17,942 nucleotides of DNA, taken from NCBI GenBank assembly GCA_964552815.1, contig CAZKIQ010000067.1, forward strand, positions 1 to 17,942. Direction: 5' to 3'. The notes beneath the pieces are model-generated. The model ran no database searches and was not told the origin of the DNA. It saw only the letters and a list, made by a program, of their open reading frames with translations. Positions 7,247-15,358 of this stretch are shown here, piece after piece (position 1 is the first letter of the stretch; each line of letters starts with the position of its first letter). This DNA comes from an uncultured Alcaligenaceae bacterium. GTDB lineage: Bacteria > Planctomycetota > Planctomycetia > Gemmatales > Gemmataceae. Position numbers and translations under genes: made by a program.

Positions 7247-7332
7247 GCCGAACATGGGATTAGATTGCGCCGGCGCAATCTATCACGAACCCGCTCTTAC
7301 GCACCATCTTCAGCCGTAACTCACAGTTCAAG
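7247..7332 (-). repeat. Degenerate fourth attC-like element upstream of cassette E. Its low-coordinate terminal 7-mer is GCCGAAC (GTTCGGC in the gene direction). It contains a perfect 18-nt palindrome, GATTGCGCCGGCGCAATC, at about 7263-7280.
   Basis: The sequence agttcaagctgcggttgtgg at 7325-7344 resembles the R''-proximal ends of sites 1 and 2 (ggttagctgcggccgaac, ggttagcggttggcc). ttgcgccggcgc resembles the arm motif ttgccggggccgc. No minus-strand ORF lies upstream of it. Confidence 0.3.
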
Positions 7333-7577
7333 CTGCGGTTGTGGACGATTTTATGCCACTTACCCGCGCGACCTATCACACTAACGGACCTTGCGCCGAT
7401 TCATACCCGCCCTGAATTTACGTCACCCGTCCAGCGGGCTCTTCACGCCCGCCCGCCCTTGTTCAGCACGTGCGTGTCGATCATCGTGGTACTCACGTCG
7501 TCGTGCCTGAGCAACTCCTGGACCGTGCAAGTGGTGCCGCCGTCGCTCACCGGTCCGTGGGTCGACGGACAGTTTAA

Positions 7578-7895
7578 CCGACGGGAAGACGTTTTGCCAC
7601 CGAAGTCCGCGGCGACATGGTCGCCCCTTCCACTTCGAAACAGGAGATTTTCTTCCGCGGCACCAAGTTTGACATCAAAACGCAGGACGTCAAGAACCTC
7701 AAGGAAGGGGAGTGGAACAGCTTCGAGATCGTCGTGGCCGGCGACCAGGCGGAGTTCTTCGCCAACGGCGAGTCCCTGAAGAAGTTGAAGGTGAAGCCGG
7801 GGAAATCACCGCTGGGAATCCGTGCCGAGTTCGGTCCCATCGAAATCCTCCGAATTCGCGTCAAGGAATCGCCCGCCGTCCCACCAGGCCAGTGA
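7578..7895 (+). pseudogene. C-terminal fragment of about 95-105 aa of a DUF1080 / 3-keto-disaccharide hydrolase (PF06439-like) domain protein. The N-terminal two thirds are absent. An in-frame stop lies at about 7575.
   Basis: The sequence ...QEIFFRGTKFDIKTQDVKNLKEGEWNSFEIVVAGDQAEFFANGESLKKLKVKPGKSPLGIRAEFGPIEILRIRVKE matches the DUF1080 C-terminal pattern (WN...I...G.....NG..V....G.I.LQ.H.....FRNI.IK.L). The upstream frames contain none of the N-terminal part of the domain. Confidence 0.45.
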
Positions 7896-7926
7896 GATCT
7901 CGCCAGATGCCGGGCTCAGCGAAGGG

Positions 7927-9078
7927 TCAGCGGACTTCCGCCCAGCGTTGTTCCCGGTGGCTTCGCAGAATCGCCTCGCAAAGCTGCACCTCGCGGTGGC
8001 CGTCGGCGAAGGTCGGGTAGAGGGGCGTCGCCGATTTGCCATGGTCGATGTCGTGGTAGATCGCCCGGTAGAGTTGCTTGAAGGAATCGGGGAAACCCTC
8101 GGCATGGCCGCCGGGGTAGTCGGCGAATTTCTGGGCGGTCGGGCCGACCAGCCCGGGGTCGCGGGTCAGGGACTCGTTGGGCCGCAACCGGTGGCCGACC
8201 TGCAAGAGATTCGGTTCCTCGCTATCCCAGGCAAGCGAGGTTTTCCCGCCTGCGAGGTCGAATCGGAGGCAGTTCTTCCGGCCCGCGGTCACCTGCGAGA
8301 CGGTCAGACACCCCCGCAACCCGCCTGCAAATCGCAGCAGAATCGAACCATAGTCTTCCGTCTGGATCGGAACCGCCTCCGCGGGTTGGTGCCGATGCCC
8401 CGCCGTGCCGGAGAACGTTTCCGACCCGCCAGACGGGCGGTACCGCGTCTCGTGGACGGTTCGCAAATCCGCGCAGACGGCGGTGATTTCCCGTCCCGTG
8501 ATGAAGCAGACCGTATCGAGCCAGTGGGTCCCGATGTCCGCGATGGCTCGCAATTCCCCGCCATCCGCGGCGAGCACCCGCCAGTTGAAATCGGTGACGT
8601 AGAGGAGCCAGTCTTGCAGGTACGAGCCGGTGACGTGGAAGAGCTCGCCGAGGTCGCCGGCGTGGACCCGGTCGCGGGCTTCGAGGACGAGCGGGTAGAA
8701 GCGGATGTTGTAGTTGACCGCCGTCACCAGGTGGGGGTTGGCGTTGGCGAGAGCCACCAGTTTCGCGGTCTCCGCGGTGGTCATCGCCAGGGGTTTCTCG
8801 CAGACCACGTGCTTCCCCGCGGCGATGGCGGACTCACACTGGGCCAGGTGGTGGCGGTTGGGGGATGCGATGTGGACCACCGTGACGGCCGGGTCCGCGA
8901 GAATCTCGGGGAAGCTGGCATACGCCTTCTCCAGCCCCAGAGATTCCGCGGCCTTGCGAGACTTCTCCGGGCTCGAACCGAGAATCCCGACGACCCGCCG
9001 GCCGAGACGGCGCAATGCCTCGACGTGAACCGGCCCGATAAAGCCTGTGCCAACAATCGCTGTACCGCTTTCCCGCAT
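7927..9078 (-). CDS. Gfo/Idh/MocA family NAD(P)-dependent oxidoreductase. The probable start is [15 protein letters not shown] at 9078. The track ORF extends to 9195.
   Basis: An N-terminal Rossmann motif [12 protein letters not shown] is followed by EKP (CEKPLAMT) and the typical Gfo/Idh/MocA C-terminal alpha/beta domain. G/C third-position bias is strong. Confidence 0.9.
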   Translation of the reverse strand: MRESGTAIVGTGFIGPVHVEALRRLGRRVVGILGSSPEKSRKAAESLGLEKAYASFPEILADPAVTVVHIASPNRHHLAQCESAIAAGKHVVCEKPLAMTTAETAKLVALANANPHLVTAVNYNIRFYPLVLEARDRVHAGDLGELFHVTGSYLQDWLLYVTDFNWRVLAADGGELRAIADIGTHWLDTVCFITGREITAVCADLRTVHETRYRPSGGSETFSGTAGHRHQPAEAVPIQTEDYGSILLRFAGGLRGCLTVSQVTAGRKNCLRFDLAGGKTSLAWDSEEPNLLQVGHRLRPNESLTRDPGLVGPTAQKFADYPGGHAEGFPDSFKQLYRAIYHDIDHGKSATPLYPTFADGHREVQLCEAILRSHREQRWAEVR

Positions 9079-9264
9079 CGGCGTTCCCCGAGAAGACTCG
9101 CCCGACATCTCGAGAAACCGGGCTGGGAGGGGCAGGGATGGTCTCGGTTTCTCATCAAGCTTTCTGTCGCGGCCGAGACACCGCGACCGATACAATCGGA
9201 AGGGTAGGCGGGATTCCCCGGAAAGCTAGCGGGAAATCCGACATCTGGGTCCGGAGTGGGTTCC

Positions 9265-10218
9265 ATGCGGAAAATCGCAGCATCGGCCTGGGCAGCCGCC
9301 ATCGGCCTGACGGTCTCGTCGACCGCTTTCGCGCAAACCACGGGAACCACCGGAACCACCAGCGGAATCAGCTCGGGCGGGGGCGGCGGGCTCAGCGGCA
9401 TCGGGGGGAGCGGCCAACTCGGCGCCGGCGGGCAGACCATCTCCGGATCCACCGCCAACTTCTCGCAAATCACGGGCACCAACACCGGACAGGGAACCCC
9501 CAACAACTCCAGCTCTCTCAACCAGTCGAACATCCTCAGCCCCTACTACGCCAACCCCTACTACCAGGGACGGGCCGGAGCACAATCCACCGACACGCCT
9601 GGCGGCTTTGGCACCGCGCTCTACGGAAACACCAGCGGCACCGGCGGGCTCGGAGGCACCGGAACCTTCGGACGAACCTCCGGAGGGACCACCGGAGCGA
9701 CCGGCCTCGGGACCGGCGGAGCTTCCCGTACCAGCACCGGAACCACCGGCGGCCTGGGCGGGGCCACCACCAACCGCACCGGACTTGGCGGAACCACCGG
9801 GTTCGGCGGTGCGACTGGAACCGGGGGCCTGGGCGGAACCGGGGGATTGGGCGGAGCAGGAGGATTCGGAAACACCGGCCTCGGCGGAACCTCCGGGCTC
9901 GGCGGGACCAACACCACCGGCCAAGGCGTCGGCGGGATCGTCATCCCGCCCGCCCGGGCCATCGCCTACACCTCCACCCTCCGATTCCGCGGCCCAACCC
10001 CCACCCCGGTCCAGCACCACGCGAATCTGCGGGCCGTCCTCGACCGCTCCACCATGCTTTCCAACCCCCGCGGCGTTGAGGTCGCCACCGACGGTAATTT
10101 CGTGGTCCTCCGCGGAGCCGTCCGCGACGAGGACGAGGCCCGGCTCGTCGAGAACATGATCCGCCTCTCCCCCGGCGTTCGCGAAGTCCGCAACGAGTTG
10201 AAATTCCCGCAACCGTAA
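9265..10218 (+). CDS. Secreted Gly/Thr-rich low-complexity protein with a C-terminal BON domain.
   Basis: ATG at 9265 gives MRKIAASAWAAAIGLTVSSTAFA, a signal peptide, with the SD GGAGTGGG upstream. The GTG at 9256 in the track is less likely. About 200 aa follow of TGG(L/F)GG-type repeats. The C-terminus VEVATDGNFVVLRGAVRDEDEARLVENMIRLSPGVREVRNEL fits the BON (OsmY-like) fold pattern. Confidence 0.8.
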   Translation: MRKIAASAWAAAIGLTVSSTAFAQTTGTTGTTSGISSGGGGGLSGIGGSGQLGAGGQTISGSTANFSQITGTNTGQGTPNNSSSLNQSNILSPYYANPYYQGRAGAQSTDTPGGFGTALYGNTSGTGGLGGTGTFGRTSGGTTGATGLGTGGASRTSTGTTGGLGGATTNRTGLGGTTGFGGATGTGGLGGTGGLGGAGGFGNTGLGGTSGLGGTNTTGQGVGGIVIPPARAIAYTSTLRFRGPTPTPVQHHANLRAVLDRSTMLSNPRGVEVATDGNFVVLRGAVRDEDEARLVENMIRLSPGVREVRNELKFPQP

Positions 10219-10303
10219 AATTCGGGAATGACCAAGCAGACGGAATCGGAACTCGACCCAACGAAGTCCGCCCTTCCCAGACTTGCACCGAGGGATTTCC
10301 CCG

Positions 10304-10825
10304 ATGGGACCACGCTACGTTCCGTGTTTCGTCACGTTTGTTGTGGGTCTTTGCGGTTGTGGGAAGCCGATTGGGGCTGACTCATCCAATTCTGTTTCTG
10401 TAACTCCTCCGCCTCGGTCGACGATCTCCACCCCCGTTTCGCCGCCGGAGAAGGTCGCCGAAGTGACGCCGGCGGCGGCTGAGGCGTTTCACAACATTGC
10501 CCGAGAAAACGGGGTCAAAGCTCCCTATCGGATGCGGATCTTCATCGTGCCCGGCTCCTGTCAGGGATATCAGCACAAACTCGATCTCGACCAGGAGCCA
10601 TTGAAGCCGTCGGACCGGACTGTGGGATGCGGCAGCGTGACGGTCGTGTACGACGACGCCCAATATCCGTTCATCCAGGGCTCGAAAATCGATTATGTGC
10701 AAGAGAAGGACGGAAAGACGGGCTTCAAGGTGGAGATGCCGAACAAAACTGCCGCCAACAAGCGCAGGATGTCGGACTGGGTTCAAGCGGAGATCGCCAA
10801 GATTTCGAAAACCGTCCCCCAATGA
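10304..10825 (+). CDS. Putative lipoprotein or exported protein with a Pro/Ser-rich linker and a HesB/IscA-like (A-type carrier fold) domain. It lacks the C-terminal Cys pair.
   Basis: The signal MGPRYVPCFVTFVVGLCGCGK comes from the ATG at 10304; the track start at 10283 is a TTG. The block RMRIFIVPGSCQGYQHKLDLDQE aligns with IscA/ErpA L.V.V.GGGCSGFQY.F.LD. The block ...GSKIDYVQEKDGKTGFKVEMPN aligns with ...GS.VDY.E...GS.F.V.NPNA. The terminal C-G-C motif of true A-type carriers is absent. Confidence 0.7.
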   Translation: MGPRYVPCFVTFVVGLCGCGKPIGADSSNSVSVTPPPRSTISTPVSPPEKVAEVTPAAAEAFHNIARENGVKAPYRMRIFIVPGSCQGYQHKLDLDQEPLKPSDRTVGCGSVTVVYDDAQYPFIQGSKIDYVQEKDGKTGFKVEMPNKTAANKRRMSDWVQAEIAKISKTVPQ

Positions 10826-10971
10826 TGTATTCGCAGCAAATCGACCTCTTTGCGGTCGGGTCATAGAATATCGGGACGTTCTGGGGCGGTGCCGGTAAGC
10901 CGTGAACCGCCCCTGTTCGCCCGCTGGGCGGGTGTGTCGCCCGTCGACTGGTCGGACGTCCGATCCCCACA

Positions 10972-13023
10972 ATGAGCGCCGCCCCCCTTCCCGTCCCGCA
11001 GGGCCCCCACCAGCAGCACCCCCACCACCAGTCGTTCTGGCTCTGGGTCATGTGCCTGACCGGGGTCGATTACTTCTCCACGCTCGGTTACCAGCCTGCG
11101 ATCGCGTTCCAGAACGCGGGGATGCTGGCACCGTTTGCGACCATCGTGCTGGTCGGCGTGACGCTGTTCGGGGCGTTGCCGGTGTACGCGTATGTGGCCG
11201 GGAGATCGTTCAGCGGGCAGGGGTCGATCGGGATGCTTTCCCGGCTGACGTCCGGGTGGAACGGGAAGGTGTTGGTGCTGGTTCTGCTTGGCTTCGCCGC
11301 CACGGGGTTTGTGATCACCAAGACGCTGTCGGCAGCCGACGCCGCCGTGCACCTGATCGAGAACCCGAGTTGGCCCTACAAACCGGAACCGGGTCAGGAG
11401 CCAACCCGGCAACTGGTCGTCGTCACGATGATGCTCCTCGTCCTCCTCGGGGCGATGTTTTTGCGGGGTTTCCGGGAAGTCATCGGTATCGCCTCGCTGA
11501 TCGTCGGTGTTTACCTCGCCCTCAACGCGGTCATTATCGGATACGGCCTGGTGTTCCTGGTGGAGCACCCGGAACGGTGGCACATCTGGTTGCACCGATT
11601 GGCGAACGGGGAGTGGTATCTCTCCCATAACCCGGTGGGGATCGGAGATGCGCTGACGATCTTTGCGGTGAGCTTGCTGCTGTTCCCGAAATTGGCCCTC
11701 GGTTTGAGCGGGTTCGAGACGGGTGTCGCGGTGATTCCGCTGGTGCGGGGAAAATCGGAGGATGACCCGGCCCGGCCGGCGGGGCGGATCCGGAATAGCC
11801 GATTTCTTCTCGGCACCGCCGCGGGGGTGATGTCGGTCTACCTGCTTGGTTCGTCGATCGTGGTGACGACGCTGATCGATCCGTCGGAGATTACCGCGGT
11901 GACGGCGGACGGCCAGGCACCGACCGACGCGAAGGGCAAACCGCTCCCCCAGGAAAGCTGGCCCAAGAAACCGGCAGGCGGTCGGGCGCTGGCGTTTCTG
12001 GCCCACGGCGAAGGGGCGACCGGGAAGGAGATCTGCCCGTTTTTCGGCCCCACGTTTGGGACGATCTACGACCTCAGCACGATCGTGATCCTCTGGTTTG
12101 CCGGCGCCAGCGCGATGGTCGGGCTTTTGAACCTGGTGCCGCAGTACCTCCCGAAGTACGGCATGGCCCCGGAATGGGCCCAGGCATCCCGCCCGCTCGT
12201 GCTCCTCTTCACGATCATCAACCTCTTCGTGACCTGGGTTTTCGAGGCGAACGTCGACGCGCAGGGCGGGGCGTACGCCACCGGGGTCCTCGTGCTCATC
12301 ACCAGTGCCTGCGTCGCCTCTCTCATCGATGTCTACATCGACCGGGAAGGCAAGCCGTGGTATCGGCGGATCTCCGTCCCCTTCGCCATCATCACGGCTG
12401 TCTTCGTGTACACCACGGTGGTCAACGAGGTGGAGAAGGATTTCCGCGGCTTGAAGATTTCCTCGTTCTTCATCGGCACGATCCTCGTCACCTCGTTTGC
12501 CTCTCGCGTCGCACGGAGCCGCGAGCTTCGCTTTGCGGGGTTCCAGATCGCGGACCCGGATTCGAAGTTCCTCTGGGACACGATCCGCCACCTGGAACTG
12601 ACAGTGCTCGTGCCGCACCGACCGGGGCGACGGTCGCTTGCGGAAAAAGAAGCATCGATTCGGCGCGAACACCGCATTCCGCGGGACCTGATGGTCGTCT
12701 TCGTGGAGGTGGAACTGGCGGATGCCTCGGAGTTCGAGCATCAACCGATCATCTCCGTGAAGCAGGAACAGGGGCGGTACATCATCCACATCAAGGGGGC
12801 CGCGTCGATCGCCCACACGCTGGCGGCTCTGGCCCTGGAAATGGCGAAGGTCGGTCGGCCGCCGGAAATCCACTTCGGGTGGACCGACGAAACGCCCTGG
12901 TCCGGGACGCTGGGGTTTCTGCTCTTCGGGGAAGGAAATGTCCCCTGGATGGTGCGAGAACTGATCCGGCGTGCAGAACCCACGGTGGAACGTCGACCGC
13001 TCATCATCATCGCGGGTGTGTGA
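10972..13023 (+). CDS. Integral membrane transporter of 683 aa: about 12 TM helices plus a C-terminal cytoplasmic domain of about 240 aa. Distantly KUP/HAK/KT-like; the family assignment is tentative.
   Basis: The N-terminal motif LTGVDYFSTLGYQP resembles KUP GVVYGDIGTSPLY. AGRSFSGQGSIGMLSRL resembles KUP ADNAGEGGILTLMSLA. ITKTLSAADAAVHLIE resembles KUP ITPAISVMSAIEGLE. Many hydrophobic helices follow, and overall length and architecture are consistent with KUP. Confidence 0.75.
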   Translation: MSAAPLPVPQGPHQQHPHHQSFWLWVMCLTGVDYFSTLGYQPAIAFQNAGMLAPFATIVLVGVTLFGALPVYAYVAGRSFSGQGSIGMLSRLTSGWNGKVLVLVLLGFAATGFVITKTLSAADAAVHLIENPSWPYKPEPGQEPTRQLVVVTMMLLVLLGAMFLRGFREVIGIASLIVGVYLALNAVIIGYGLVFLVEHPERWHIWLHRLANGEWYLSHNPVGIGDALTIFAVSLLLFPKLALGLSGFETGVAVIPLVRGKSEDDPARPAGRIRNSRFLLGTAAGVMSVYLLGSSIVVTTLIDPSEITAVTADGQAPTDAKGKPLPQESWPKKPAGGRALAFLAHGEGATGKEICPFFGPTFGTIYDLSTIVILWFAGASAMVGLLNLVPQYLPKYGMAPEWAQASRPLVLLFTIINLFVTWVFEANVDAQGGAYATGVLVLITSACVASLIDVYIDREGKPWYRRISVPFAIITAVFVYTTVVNEVEKDFRGLKISSFFIGTILVTSFASRVARSRELRFAGFQIADPDSKFLWDTIRHLELTVLVPHRPGRRSLAEKEASIRREHRIPRDLMVVFVEVELADASEFEHQPIISVKQEQGRYIIHIKGAASIAHTLAALALEMAKVGRPPEIHFGWTDETPWSGTLGFLLFGEGNVPWMVRELIRRAEPTVERRPLIIIAGV

Positions 13024-13086
13024 TTGTCGCGGAAACGGGGCGAGCACCGCCGATGTCGAGTCTTCCACCCCCTGGATTGGAAAGAA

Positions 13087-13905
13087 TCAGCGCGGAACGA
13101 ACTTCCGAAAAGTCTCGATCGTTTGCACCGCGGCGGCGTCGGGGGTGGGGTAGGGGAACGCCTCGGCGGAGAGGTAGCCGGTGTAGCCGATCTCCTGCAA
13201 GGCTGCGACGATGGGGGCGAAATCGATGTGCCCCAGACCCGCGGGTCGGCGGTTGGAATCCACGAAATGGATGTGCCCCACCGCCGGGCCCGCCGTCCGC
13301 AAAGCACCGGCGAGGTCTGCCTCCTCGATGTTCATGTGGAACAGATCGTTGAGGAGCTTCACGTTCCCCGAGCTCTGCTGGGCAAGGAGCGTCAGCGATT
13401 GCTCGATCGTCGTGGCGATGTTGGTCTCGTAGCGGTTGAGGGGCTCGTAGAGGAGTGGGACGCCGAACCTGGCGGCGTGGGTTCCGAGATCGTCGAGGGC
13501 GTCGCAGAGGTAGCCGATGGCGGCATCGCGGGTGACACCGTCGCAGTGCCGACCCTGCATGGAACCGATGATGGCGGGTGCTCCGAGTTCGCCGGCGACA
13601 TCGATGATGCTTCGCACGAACTGTCGAGCCCGGGCCCGAATGTCCGCGTCCCCGGAGGTGAGCGTCAGCCGGTGCTTGACCCAACCCGCCCCGGTTCCGA
13701 CGGCCGCCAGGTGGAGTTTGTGCCGGGAAAGCAGCGATTTCAACGGCGAATCGGAGATCGCCTCGGGAGACGGGGGGAAGATCTCGACCGCGTCGAAGCC
13801 GAGTTCCGCCGCCCGCTGACACGCGGTCTCCAGGTCGTGCCAGAACACGAACGGCCCACCGCGGGCTTCCTCGACCAGGCTAATCGTGACGGCAGATCGG
13901 ATCAT
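13087..13905 (-). CDS. Sugar phosphate isomerase/epimerase (xylose isomerase-like TIM barrel).
   Basis: Starts at MIRSAVTISL..., with a strong SD GGGGGAAACC immediately upstream of the ATG at about 13905. The track start at 13959 is further upstream. The translation contains ELGFDAVEIF, HLAAVGTG and EPLNRYETN, the typical AP-endonuclease-2 / xylose-isomerase-like TIM-barrel blocks. Confidence 0.85.
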   Translation of the reverse strand: MIRSAVTISLVEEARGGPFVFWHDLETACQRAAELGFDAVEIFPPSPEAISDSPLKSLLSRHKLHLAAVGTGAGWVKHRLTLTSGDADIRARARQFVRSIIDVAGELGAPAIIGSMQGRHCDGVTRDAAIGYLCDALDDLGTHAARFGVPLLYEPLNRYETNIATTIEQSLTLLAQQSSGNVKLLNDLFHMNIEEADLAGALRTAGPAVGHIHFVDSNRRPAGLGHIDFAPIVAALQEIGYTGYLSAEAFPYPTPDAAAVQTIETFRKFVPR

Positions 13906-13996
13906 GGTTTCCCCCTGATTCCCCTGTTGTATTCGCGAAAGGGAATCCGAAGCGTCCACGTCCGGCTCCTGGACCGGGTTCTGCCAGAACCTCCAC

Positions 13997-15106
13997 TCAC
14001 ACCCGATCGACGGTGAGCCGAGGGGTCCGCACCCATTCTCCGCTGCGAACCGCGAACCCGCGGGCGGTCACCCACGCGAGTTTCGCCACGATTCCCGGGG
14101 TTTTCCACAGGCTCAGAACTTCCGTTGTGCGAAGTCCAACCCGGTGCATCGCCCGGAAATAGACCCACCCCGTCATCGCGAGGAGGGCGAGGGCCCATCC
14201 GAGAAATTCGAGGGATGTGAGCCCCGCGAGGATCAGGGTCAGGCCGAGATGCGCCAGGATCAGCGGCTTGCTGGTGATGACGCGGTCGTACCAGCTCAGC
14301 CCGCCGACAAGGAGGGCGGCTCGCCAGCGTTCCCGCTGCTTGCACAGGTCGGCGACTCCAACGGGTGGGGAGTTCCGCACCCCGGCCGTCGGCACGAACC
14401 GGACAGTGACACCCCCCTGTCGCAGCTTCGCGCCGTACTCCGCGTCTTCCGTTAGCCCGAACGACTGCCAGGGGAAGCGTTCCAGCACCTGCCGGCGGAA
14501 GGCCATGCCGGTTCCCCGCAGCCGGATCGAGCCGCCGAGCCGAGAAATCCCGGCCTGGATTCCGTTCTCGATCTCGGATCCGACCGCCATCACGACCCCC
14601 GCGGGGCCGGAAGTGGGGTCCCCCATGGTGACCGCCGCCTGCACCGCCGCCGCGCCGGCTTGCACTTCCCGGTCGAGTTCCCGAAGCGCCAGCGGGTCGA
14701 GCCGACAGTCCGCGTCGAGAATCATCACTGCGTCTGGGTCTTGATCGAGGGCCCGGGGAATCCCGTGGGCGAGGGCGAACCCCTTCCCGCGGTGGACGGC
14801 ATCGGTGCGCTCGATGCAGCTTGCCCCGAATTCGCGGGCAACCGTGGCGGTGCGATCGGTGCAGTTGTCGGCCACCACCAGAACCTGGACGAGATTCTGC
14901 GGATAGTCCGATTCTCGGATGCTTCGCAGGGTCTGCGGGAGGACGGCTTCCTCGTCGTGGGCGGGGATGACGATCGCAAAGCGGATCTGTGGTGCGAGTG
15001 TGGAAGCGTTCCGTCGTGCGGCTCTCCAACCGATGCCGGTGAGAACCGCGTAGGCCAGGGCAATCGCGGTGGCGGGAATCAGAAAAACGAGGGAAATCGC
15101 GAGCAT
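13997..15106 (-). CDS. Family 2 glycosyltransferase, membrane-bound, with an N-terminal TM helix and C-terminal TM helices.
   Basis: Start at MLAISLVFLIPATAIALAYAV, with a GGAGGTG SD 4 nt upstream of the ATG at about 15106. The translation contains IVIPAHDEEAVLPQTLRSI, VVADNCTDRT and ILDADCRL (the DxD region), a QxxRW-like QRERWRA, and a C-terminal hydrophobic segment. It forms an operon with the downstream isomerase. Confidence 0.85.
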   Translation of the reverse strand: MLAISLVFLIPATAIALAYAVLTGIGWRAARRNASTLAPQIRFAIVIPAHDEEAVLPQTLRSIRESDYPQNLVQVLVVADNCTDRTATVAREFGASCIERTDAVHRGKGFALAHGIPRALDQDPDAVMILDADCRLDPLALRELDREVQAGAAAVQAAVTMGDPTSGPAGVVMAVGSEIENGIQAGISRLGGSIRLRGTGMAFRRQVLERFPWQSFGLTEDAEYGAKLRQGGVTVRFVPTAGVRNSPPVGVADLCKQRERWRAALLVGGLSWYDRVITSKPLILAHLGLTLILAGLTSLEFLGWALALLAMTGWVYFRAMHRVGLRTTEVLSLWKTPGIVAKLAWVTARGFAVRSGEWVRTPRLTVDRV

Positions 15107-15358
15107 GGGGCACCTCCGGGGGGCGAAGTGTACGCGATCCCGCGGAGTCCCGGCGAGGGGAGTTCCCCAGCGGTTCCGGTGCGAAGCCCGAAGCCGCTGC
15201 ATGTTGTCCTTCAAGAACTTCGGTCGAGTGGGGGAAATGTGAAGTTCACGCGGAATCGGGCGAATCTGCTTGCCTGCGAGGGGGATTCTCGAAAATGATC
15301 AATCTTCCATCGCGAACTTCCGGGTAACTCGCTCGAAATCTCCGGTCAAGGGGTCGAC

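Noticed and set aside
10880-10940. The GC-rich inverted repeat cgcccgctgggcggg downstream of the HesB-like gene, considered as a rho-independent terminator.
   Set aside because: The stem is short and there is no trailing T-run. It may simply be part of the upstream region of the transporter gene.
10861-13068. A 735-aa minus-strand ORF antisense to the KUP-like transporter. Similar long antisense or off-frame ORFs occur at 7822-9207, 15727-17718, 13024-14016, 13902-15113, 9226-10212 and 9608-10159.
   Set aside because: The translations are compositionally extreme (R/G/P/D-rich) with no hydrophobic cores or motifs. The opposite-strand or other-frame genes carry recognisable domains and proper start contexts.
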